Positions 52,701 to 55,875 of a stretch of 55,875 nt of DNA are shown here, piece by piece. Below the pieces are notes generated by a model that worked only from the letters and a program-made list of their open reading frames with translations, did no database searches and was not told the DNA's origin. The stretch's first letter is position 1. Every line of letters begins with the position of its first letter. The stretch lies in IMG/VR virus record IMGVR_UViG_3300022188_000013, positions 1 through 55,875 of that record; one strand, 5' to 3'. The position numbers were made by a program, and so were the translations under genes. Origin of the DNA: a virus (taxonomy: Duplodnaviria > Caudoviricetes).

Positions 52701-55700
52701 GTAAGCAGGTTATGGCTGCAGGACATATGCAGCAAGAATTAGTCGATATTCTAAATAATGCGGCAAAAAGGATAACCATTGAACAAGCTCGTAAGGAGCT
52801 TAAAGCAAACAAAGGAAGTCTTACTAGAAAGGAGTACAAAGCAGAACAAAGTAAAATAGACGAACTTGAGAAACAGGGTACACCACTAACTTACAGGGGA
52901 ATTAGACCTTGGGACCAGAAAAAAGTACGTAATATGTCAGTAGAGATCCAAGAAGCTATGAAGAAGGCAATGATGGGTTCAAAAGATGGATTAGAAGCAC
53001 AGCTTATTTATGATCCGATAGTTTCAGCTATTACCGATACAAACGCTATTCTAACAATGATAGCTGAAAAAGAGTTTGGTATTGATTACGATAAGAGTTT
53101 TATTGGTGATATGCAGGATAGAGCGTCTAAGATTGGAACAAGGGGAACTGATAAAGTAAAACAGTTCATGGAGGTTTTAAATCCTACAGACATAAGGAAC
53201 CCATTTGAAATAGCTGGTGATGCTATTACTAGGTTTGTAGACAGGCTTGGCGGTTTCGAACCAGAACGTAAGCCTTTCGAGAAAAAAGCTGCCGGAGGAA
53301 GGGTGTTTGGTCCAGGAGGACCGAAAGAAGATAAGGTGCCGGCCTGGTTAAGCCCAGGTGAGTATGTAATTAGGGCTAATTCAGCACAGAAATTAGGTCC
53401 TCAAGTACTTGATTACATGAATTCTAGTGGCAATGTACCGTCATCTATACCAACATTTAGTAATGGTGGTAATGTGTCGTCATCTGTACCAGTATTCAGT
53501 AATGGGGGTAAAGTGTCTTCAATTTCTGACGATATGCAGAATTTTGTTAGTTATCTAGAATCAGAAAGATTGGCATTATCGGACAAAGATATGACACCTG
53601 GAAGCTTGATGAAGCAAGCTGGTCTTGCTACTACAGAGTTGGTTACTAGATTACTTAAATCTCCTGTTGATTTTGGAGCTATGACAGAAAAAATGGCAGG
53701 GTTTGCTGGTAGTGAAGGTTTTGGTGCTACTTTAGATGTTGGAAAGCAAGTGGGTAGTAATTTAATTGATCTCGTAAAAGGAGGTATTACCTCAGAGCAA
53801 GTAGCTAAAGTTACTGGTGGTATGAAGGAAGGTATTAGTAAAGGCGGTATGGGTATAACAACAGCTATACTTGAGACTTTGCTTGGAGGTACTGCGGTAG
53901 TTAAGAAGTTGGCACCACCTACTGATTCACTTAAGGGACAGCTTAAGCTGTTAGCCAAAGATGTTGATCCTATAGTATCGGAACAAGCTAAAGACGCTCT
54001 TAGTTCTCAAGCGGTTAAAGAACTTTCAAAAAGTAAATCCTTTAAAAAAGATTTTAAATATTTGGCCGGTGGTAATGAAGCTTTAGTATTCAAGCGTGGA
54101 GATAAAGCAGTCAGACTAGGCGGACTTAGTAGCCCAACAGCGTTGGAAAAAGTAAGGAAAGGTAATATATTTAGTATTGCTGATGAGCTTACAGATGAAG
54201 AATTGTTGGCTAAAATTGGACAGCATTTAACTAAACGAGAGCTAAATGAAATCGGTTCAGCTAATAAGTTTCTAGCCCATGGTAAATTTAAAGATAAGGA
54301 CATTTCAATCTCTACGTTACTTGACACAGAAAAAGTTAAAAGTTTAGATCCTGTATTAGGTATTAGAGGCATGTTAGAAAAGCAGGGGGCTGTTCCTGGT
54401 AATTATGGGCAAACTTACTTTAGTAGGGGTAAGTCTGGTCAGTTTTACCAAATTGGTGATCTACATCCTGGAAATTTTGGTTTCGATAAGAAAGGTAAGC
54501 TTTCAGGAATAGATCCGGGTATGTATAAAAAAACTGATTTGGATAAACTTCCATACGATGCACAAGATGCTTTTTTTAAAAAGAACCAAGATCCTACATT
54601 GTTTGATTTGAAAGGTAAAGTACTAAAAAAAGCTGAAGGTGGTATAGTAGAAAATTGGCTTAAAACTGCAAAAGAGCATTGGTTTGGTAAAAAAGAAGAA
54701 ACAGAAGATGATGAAAAACTTCTTAGAAGAATAACTGAAGATAGAGGTATATCTTTTGATGAGGGTGCAGGAGGTTCTTACTTTGAGACCGGTAAACAAA
54801 AGAGGAAACGTTATGATGAGATGTTGGGTTATGCTTCTGGTGGTAGGGTTGGAGTAGATGTGGACGAACGAGGAAGACCTATACATTATTACACTGCTGA
54901 TGCTTCAGGGTATGCTAGACACGATAGCAAAGAAGATTTTGATGCTGCTGTTAATAGAAGAAAAGAAGGGAATGCCACACAAAACGGTAGTACTGTTCAA
55001 TCTAATCCTAGTGGTTTAACACAAGCTGAAATTACACAAAGAATTGAAGAGGCATATGGGCCTGCCAATGAAAGGGTTACAGAAAGATTGTTTCCTGAAA
55101 TAGAAAAAAAGTCTCGTCCGGAAAATATTTTTGCGGATACTCCTAAGCAGTTAGATGCCAGTAGTTTAAACTACAATAACGCAATGAAGTATATTGAAAA
55201 TGTGTATAAGCGTATTAGTGGTGGAGTTACAAACAGTTCATCACTTAAAACCAAAACACAAATAAATCTAGAGGAGAGTTTGACTACTAATGGTATATTT
55301 AACAAAGTTAGTGCGTCTTCTCGTGCTTCAGAATTCGCCGAGGTTATGCAGAACATTGAAGCTGCGTATGGGCCTATTAATGATGCGGCTACAAAAAGAC
55401 TGTTTTCTGTAGACATACCGTCTTTCGATTCATACGATCAACTCAGTAGTGGGCTTGAAACAACAGGACAATACACTAGAAATGTAGTAAACGCTGTCGT
55501 ACACCCATTTGAAGCTTCTAAAAAAGCTGCTAAAGCTTCTTACGGAGTAGGTTCGAAGTGGGCTGAGAAAGCTTACGGAGTTGGTTCAAAGATAGCGGTG
55601 CCAACTTACGGAGTTAGTAAAGACATAATAGGGACTGGCAAAGAGATGATTACAAACCCATTAGAAGCTTTGAAGACTTCTGTTAAAGCTGGTTACGGAG

Positions 55701-55875
55701 TAGCTGCGAAGGGTACTAAAGCTGGTTACGTAGTCGCTGCGAAGGGTACTAAAGCTTCTTACGGAGTAGGTTCGAAGTGGGCTGAGAAAGCTTACGGAGT
55801 TGGTTCAAAGATAGCGGTGCCAACTTACGGAGTTAGTAAAGACATAATAGGGACTGGCAAAGAGATGATTACAAA
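34784..55875 (+). CDS. Giant multidomain tape measure protein (>7,030 aa, 3'-truncated): RNA polymerase + PD-(D/E)XK nuclease + TP901-type TMP core + kinase-like domain
   Basis: GGAGGT RBS then TTG. Same frame in every segment I translated, and the track lists no stop-terminated ORF in this frame. TMP core at ~46080-47200 (FSNAVRRVTLWGAAS..FAQQG..AVTRQTGKEVGTSFRFIFRRL); TMP C-terminal motif AAGGRVFGPGGPKEDKVPAWLSPGEYVI at ~53290. Confidence 0.92.
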   Translation, partial: MADNNVNININDNSNRKGSAGGIAGKAAQTSVNDPASITKLARLLKSALEENSKKTGDVIDKAISKLVRVMVESAGGGSISDADIKSIMKGVGKELGDEVVKSIAKTLPRSSGEKQDSTAITKAIDNSMVRAADKMAQTISSRLSKQENVSVNSTELAKGIANSMRRAVPASTDKATRELIQAIGSMKTIFRDIKTLVSQIGSMRKSEGKVDVGEISSVLGSIKRILTDFKALSQEASNAKDSLKDLALESKQMLGTLTTAINDVKRSAEKTVSGVKQRAVGDPKDFTKEIVTSVVGIITKSESLKGTSLEKAVRSLEGKIGDMSKLSIELQKFQKTFKQEITSGTIKIEGIEKVLKEFDQIVTKLGNVPKQIGMDRASKQVGMDKSPKQIGMGRSPKQIGMSKPPKEWKDFANSLSGFTQRTTKLITQVKLIVDDSEIRKMIPDEIAVKITPKVESKTIYDDVETAIIRALHDAEKTKITPKVEPVVSKIEIALNNKDLAGIRKGLAELSKIKLDSSQLIDDLRKRINVIEGSAELKIKAVLDTKSYDDMLATKVKADHKRLQAALATTAPTTVGSTGRSFSKIDPVGRSLYKQQTVKPVEGGEVKRASTIRILSRDAQGIKQDTEQNIKALSASLYKLQDQVVSGLEKQFSDAEKKWAVVKPTGGTARDAFKLTPGERQWTMQIANLDRLQRIMKDFDSGVMDLVNAYKAQAVQERVTMAGGPQKQADLVGQWLKTVSAPQIKSVEGLDSITKGKLSKVKTSFSGTDVSDEMRTQIRKLFGDVKLENIFRKTYAESEAKRELQSEGLVKQVALPAAKVTKTGSVSFQTVHGAERALSKFAKFETGFEKLYEELTGLAVNASKEGKKQIFTEARGFTVAIKELGVRPGPDNLASADALANKMLSSIVKNIGDKAAGSTYTRELYTGAAASKRFAVKEAGGDPAKFMKDFEAAMSRTYKSFDEFSAAMKAINLSAYDVAKSLNSIEVTNVYDTIGKVLQGSKGLSPITTLGESPQFERSVRGFEKAVSEIEGLMPLLEQNRPRRGFHQESVVNLMSRTAPFYSSKDRLDPDAQKKLIKDLNLTVNETLTRIKQTDPTKLPGNLQRLTSLGIPESQAGNIEEYRQGGTSQTKFLKSLQATGIKLYSQDLTAQAPFQQFQQVGRNISNISNAMVDLAGSAELPKLRSTKERAIIESGRYGEKGYGYNVTAELRNTAANFEDQIIIAGKLATALTSAVSTLVKPSATGRVRGATTEDRISGTGVTELKEQEITKVAREYMSILGVPEEYKGRADKVLIEDVRKTVSVVRGEDVEVQQAKLAETFLNYFGRKITTRYGSKGVSVTPTGPTENLSDIISKYSGAKIKLDPSQTLGAAFVPKTMGKLVSELFGDKVSQELKTQLIASGNKFIIDIFQKTGKGAVVAADEAKKTAGLYKEFTAAWEDVFSSKAPSVGTGGIAQIRGKYQDRFGDKALKEVKPIDVRISSYGAAKRGLQTEFLESIFSNVAGTGKGGVTTVKKLDKPAYEWLLKHGGLSKYSSALGFKGSGKMEAQIAPELYSKFTGKPADKFAEALASGDEKAVLAKRAASLEAASSFYSELIDEFGNKRTGLIGEKFLQIVEEPGENPEWQRGQIDSGMKGARLNLPAFSAYATVFGEQSNFMKELQGSLDVNAKKHWEYMKALQTIQDEDSTVYKNITKGLKTVDIGDLRSFDSSTGVYGKKHITDEAGNQVINQRSFDDTVLDLNKFSEAFKIAIPTGKYGPEGEIKKQEFYVPGAPARGTYPEPLLAGERGMDQITRRLSHFVNMAKELQEVMEDPDKSLDANDIRKKIPPVIGTWIGESWDIAKSKAPDAEEQLSGILNKMFSAMSTTSAPSSSLINTSGRTEQQFAQDFYKGQINKVSQGLKTKPEAMATTISTMGDLLVGKKKGTHEQLAAPTGLTRALDQGIGGVFAQKLGIDVVQDTIDKRVSALNKARIDYYNSLADAATGKTGSINELLFSRKIPAVIGKAVTAVVDKRDDITKFGKDLVTIESKYGVNLGVSADSLADISKKHSEAVVNYQKIGVPVLKETELGVPTTFAKKIPLDFVKKFVDTKDPIMGVKEQKPEAVSGTLYDLLKHIEQIREGAKKESPGMQDVLSKYIDDELVPYVESIRYPFTGTSSIVPFKPKLLEEKDYQTTEGTKLARNVLVAPGVPEGLDELSPILSNLQERLKDEISNREKLQKAGVPQEEIERATGLIRDLSAAIAEVIPKYTSQAQKLDFDGDQIELHSARTVSARKDIESHFKRFHTRDSSKDPYTADVFRTQFLSEAPVASTGQYVLGESSAAFEKKFPAGKGFDFLQSPFLTKELEYLSSGEALNVLKDNPNIGNVENVIKDVLVTQNKPIDQIASVMETIGNVDTSDADKATQNIMEAIGAHHADLMTVIEKGIKKRLYEEKLGDAIEAQLFKVHTGPEVESLYRVQRLAESSVGFGGGEIAGRPDKSSKYFQSRFPSSLKSMGGRPEEEFNTMMNEVVRFGIQKGMDVKHAGEKPVAGEMVGYLTRGVKGATELWSRVQDENDKTFGDLRDFAGANESAVKMRLGALSTSDIMSEAKKVIDSRGEKMDVSGMDREALIQLMVDKIGFKGFLEELSRLIKKEAIDGLIAQAETWSSAKKKDPGGGLPEVKDSIKDWANQAVQQQMERGGINIRQDITEGKQPLYGMRTFFSSPTAEYDKYRGKFGDLQVPEGELEGLSEKDTKSYKFKYRKAAATASNIKQELRSFAGSKQGGAYADMIRGAVDALYSQQEEVEKYITALMKEGYNSEASKGVAIAERTLSRSGVSDFANSVLNMRTGMKDEVSRLSDLAGVPGLSNTEMFGIRRESSEKFADIKHSELKDTGMSEEEVNSSVKDYVDRMVDKAQALAQLDRVIDSLVSKKFEGRVLQDLLPRPDKVSQYSTYDKTRGEAFTAAREKMKFKNGRARLTQPAAMAFGKEGGPASASMMGGAGGVVPVHLVGTDPGVTLNVKGLEGLGLVERVPTSVDRVAEMDIELQQFAKDTKELGDILKKTKPPRTGGRSTSYEDFYSPSKFAGGGFAYSGGAKEFTEEGRLKEQVERIARDMISREPLAPASQALADWGSAIHAKFEKSLEKQGNVEVEKYGEFVDGVGGVIGGFADIVEYEGTEKKKVTTVADIKTVGVDKFEKIQSAVKKAGSTDFTEVSKQLDDRTALQLEDNFSQLNAYLKIFDETAKAEIRFYDREGRGENIEDYTAVSFGFDPERFQKDMQALASARTIVKQAGGKKFLRTNVRNQAGAAKPEGASTEELDRAMELAKQAYERERGGGGIRAMASGIGASKRGKEYEKARKGTKAAAEQMSRKEMYKNLTPSELDKYLVPPQAVEGETAEAFLTNLKLLHDQSKLYQKSKGLSIDTTDKMPKQIKESIESVKDSGPDYQSFIDLTGKLKEMDRPDFTGMDMINVWKLYRIAVGDWLFKRADDAYEEMQALEAAGDVRGSNQKYGDFTNRVSRAQEFVRRSVGKRTDIYTDDKRFVYPSLAKKAGVYMSPSQVMKKAGEPLGDDPKLIESFRGVVQGIKSETGKTPPVEAARAIFGDLSNMNKDFAKILSDGEKFKRLGPEILDAWDFDKLTARTTRLRAALQEILRDNKEMDAEQRKNVENIVKYLKKVEGMYSHMNLGGEQTGYGQTGIVPVPKFETPANQRALHARNIQSTREYFRRPSEEGGPDIGERFSYSEKIVGQAGETIKNVTHHFSKYGEELLASGQKVGQFSESQQDIIEKMQKVNATFSNAVRRVTLWGAASRLVYGSVSNLKSSLDELTNIEMGVASLRMVMSPLETDFQKMTKSASGLAKQYGVPVTDVLKSMKVFAQQGLKQGDVISRTKTATLASNVTTLNSKEATEALTAAMRVFREEGSQSLRFLDAWSEVEAKHAITADDMANAIKKSAAAAKSAGVNFDQLNGMVAAVGAVTRQTGKEVGTSFRFIFRRLFAEEGPKTLAKLKIPTLTPEGELRGAFDVLGDLAGQWDDLTSAQRMNVAQSIGGTRQYNSVLVLMDQWDEVLRGIRNSTNSKGSAERRNAEIMKTYGKQLERTKAAATEFKMEIGNIVLPTFTAGAKSLTFLFEALTAIPTPIKAASAALAAFFTFGAKGINLFDSIGSGVEKGASLFSNFGNEFSKSMKIAKYEILGKADATTNIFGLKTLTPTATKTANAVKQKGFPLTEQGEKMSDFHSSIGKTMSLLQGWGRGYNEMIGGMIVGTGALTEKVGEGAQDVGAFLSLAAGGADNVGLEGLKDVLQGGAARKGLSAVAIKSVLKGQGVMKGGAKLLVRFAALASEIVGSATYLTGQAVDAVGEQVGAGGHKILKDFTTQNTGFVKSVAPLALTVAAMVPAIKAASEYFGKMTNSAQGFEKIMDGARRKNESQLKSVRDMVQEYEALSGQVKNVEKVRDPEVKARRQELGTYESPLTTLQKVQGRAVDLTNQIADSNQNLVVGYDDLGNAVLKTGKNFKSYLKDIENLDVQAGVATELEILGKYLDDLSSGNKTEKVKMAFKELAAAFPVIGDLVGRHIKVSPAQQLEVAATDLNKRLNLKQKYPLSTAGDADIKRLQGVLGKARDAYKDTFSDMTRVYSTVLSRANLRGLNKGQIEEVVGSPELRKAYEMQIKIDPRFKLVEGVKWQDIMGKELITALNPSTAGSLDVVSEFTKANLESAGVKPRSGKAASGDIVMFHKDMADKYNIAGAQAIVKLKDTDEWVIEYFNTRTLKLEERSLSDVDNMVESIFPLQKVKEDIAYRMDALNTFVAGASAGLTGLSKKDFKRDFNLGERFFGEIPTTTLLQGNKGFLPGSGYGELEGMKDFKGDIENYFFKPMGELRNKTEQFKKLQLEGLDVSDTAISKGFYDEINKLLDVLKNNQVVLQFRAVFVDLMKEMSTGQRVLREELAIMRRRADINVTPGGLTRGMPIGLENIDLGIRDVRDVTARQSLLTRDPNSRKQATQLRAFEITTQSNMDMIDKLERAIVHIDDISSVAGGFGASMSTEQLQNYVEKVVPERGEGPFYELTQIDKGIEQNTSNTVDKLDKILENLGDPEAVEKSLTSIFDNLGAGLGVGVSGNALKTVNALERVSRVRKKAEGRGDQDTVISSNKALDILSKQLIAQVGYKKGMEMVSSNTTLFSKRFTGREFQQRAFSGVDSKVFLDRLKKYGPEKKGFLGIGSRPPMEESKAFKNFEKAQQATVKQTTFSSKNLARVGAVTAALSKIQQSGNKNIISKIDEQISIIDQQVTDKRQAGAGADELTGLIKKRESLTLKRDEKRGEADFYGTVAAISATGFAAVELSKAFGLTEKQINALGVGAAGTYAAMVIASKVTGEQLPDSAKKFGEEIKRLGKKTIQGEKPGLRDAKMLKNAGKEMSRDFVDRTKKVFGKSAKDIGTAATKVDSEELIKKLDASLGRRAKSMKDYTSLGPDFAKYAAMMRSQTKEKSGLLEDGKATDSAVYKDLTTRQNAETAKFLRGLGREDKRDVLSKYPVTGKDDLHKYVAESFGPELEKTGEYMVRGLEKAEAPSKLKQAIVAYLAVGLSDYMSNKTADKTALAETEKIMKRQSEALAELIRKYPDAAEMALTDLQKEVGTAVAEVSDITTIDKSMVQDTKKAKESIKRQIAEIRDTYIEEQKKALDEQRKVQNKFADRESRESLKIKQETAARDRRGQIDSFNISRRFSPTNLLNKQLQGFSGEVELPIAEDQMSTQQRVYNDSGKSFKGVIDSFSAGVQQLESMRNNLEMLKQAARVEEDLVDTTDDDDVKRRAKERHKDLNDTMTDQIGVIGKFAEKLREFGKLKGLFDQFASSMHRLKDSLKEIGVQEAVENIPGMQQYKGRMNKLLGGTDPDAVVPVSTEESRMSSRVGMDLQHMLSTKYEVMRAQLLDQLRTASPDEASKLRRQLSDLPEQRVRDIQAFKQREEDDKLRRGLQPYEKQVTELGRVKASPFISGKQVMAAGHMQQELVDILNNAAKRITIEQARKELKANKGSLTRKEYKAEQSKIDELEKQGTPLTYRGIRPWDQKKVRNMSVEIQEAMKKAMMGSKDGLEAQLIYDPIVSAITDTNAILTMIAEKEFGIDYDKSFIGDMQDRASKIGTRGTDKVKQFMEVLNPTDIRNPFEIAGDAITRFVDRLGGFEPERKPFEKKAAGGRVFGPGGPKEDKVPAWLSPGEYVIRANSAQKLGPQVLDYMNSSGNVPSSIPTFSNGGNVSSSVPVFSNGGKVSSISDDMQNFVSYLESERLALSDKDMTPGSLMKQAGLATTELVTRLLKSPVDFGAMTEKMAGFAGSEGFGATLDVGKQVGSNLIDLVKGGITSEQVAKVTGGMKEGISKGGMGITTAILETLLGGTAVVKKLAPPTDSLKGQLKLLAKDVDPIVSEQAKDALSSQAVKELSKSKSFKKDFKYLAGGNEALVFKRGDKAVRLGGLSSPTALEKVRKGNIFSIADELTDEELLAKIGQHLTKRELNEIGSANKFLAHGKFKDKDISISTLLDTEKVKSLDPVLGIRGMLEKQGAVPGNYGQTYFSRGKSGQFYQIGDLHPGNFGFDKKGKLSGIDPGMYKKTDLDKLPYDAQDAFFKKNQDPTLFDLKGKVLKKAEGGIVENWLKTAKEHWFGKKEETEDDEKLLRRITEDRGISFDEGAGGSYFETGKQKRKRYDEMLGYASGGRVGVDVDERGRPIHYYTADASGYARHDSKEDFDAAVNRRKEGNATQNGSTVQSNPSGLTQAEITQRIEEAYGPANERVTERLFPEIEKKSRPENIFADTPKQLDASSLNYNNAMKYIENVYKRISGGVTNSSSLKTKTQINLEESLTTNGIFNKVSASSRASEFAEVMQNIEAAYGPINDAATKRLFSVDIPSFDSYDQLSSGLETTGQYTRNVVNAVVHPFEASKKAAKASYGVGSKWAEKAYGVGSKIAVPTYGVSKDIIGTGKEMITNPLEALKTSVKAGYGVAAKGTKAGYVVAAKGTKASYGVGSKWAEKAYGVGSKIAVPTYGVSKDIIGTGKEMIT
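35891..36004 (+). repeat. 27-nt (9-aa) tandem repeat x4 in giant ORF
   Basis: PKQIGMDRA SKQVGMDKS PKQIGMGRS PKQIGMSKP. Confidence 0.9.
37200..42400 (+). other. Domain of giant ORF: fused beta/beta' two-barrel DNA-directed RNA polymerase
   Basis: Collinear motifs HGAER 37277, NFEDQI 38429, GRKITTRYGSKGV 38759, PIDVRISSYGAAKR 39206, SLADAATGKTG 40712, RYP 41228, DFDGDQ 41549, GIQKGMDVKH 42320. Confidence 0.9.
43950..44560 (+). other. Domain of giant ORF: PD-(D/E)XK (RecB/Cas4-like) nuclease
   Basis: WGSAIH, E, IGGFAD, ADIKT, SQLNAY in correct order. Confidence 0.8.
54050..54530 (+). other. Domain of giant ORF: protein-kinase-like fold
   Basis: YLAGGNEALVF (G-loop), DLHPGN (catalytic loop, 54458), IDPG (DFG-like). 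Confidence 0.7.
55530..55875 (+). repeat. Exact 127-nt direct repeat (55530-55656 and 55749-55875, period 219 nt) built on 11-aa units
   Basis: KASYGVGSKWAEKAYGVGSKIAVPTYGVSKDIIGTGKEMIT twice, with KAGYGVAAKGT-type units between. Confidence 0.92.

Noticed and set aside
34762-55416. Many short minus-strand ORFs and +43830..44036
   Set aside because: Shadows of the giant plus-strand ORF; no recognisable motifs.
1-55875. Stop-codon reassignment as the cause of fragmented genes
   Set aside because: Introns explain the breaks; TAA, TAG and TGA all end genes, and coding density is high in code 11.

Overview
Virion-morphogenesis region of a large, low-GC tailed phage (standard code, Shine-Dalgarno RBSs, all real genes on +). 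Gene order: major capsid protein 3' part, split by three group I introns; free-standing homing endonucleases; about 18 kb of fibre/decoration-type structural genes with an inserted metallophosphoesterase and permuted-papain gene pair; neck genes; a tail tube gene split by two more group I introns; tail chaperones; and one giant ORF. That ORF starts at TTG 34784, exceeds 7,030 aa and runs off the window, so the ORF track omits it. Manual translation shows a TP901-type tape measure protein whose N-terminal third carries a single-chain beta+beta' two-barrel RNA polymerase (NFED, GRKITTRYGSKG, RYP, DFDGD and trigger-loop motifs in canonical order). It also carries a PD-(D/E)XK nuclease and a kinase-like domain. 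Other signals: an intron with a rewritten P7 and a non-canonical splice junction, an enriched T-x-S-G motif in virion proteins, and an internally duplicated tail tube protein. All family calls are by-eye motif recognition, not database searches.
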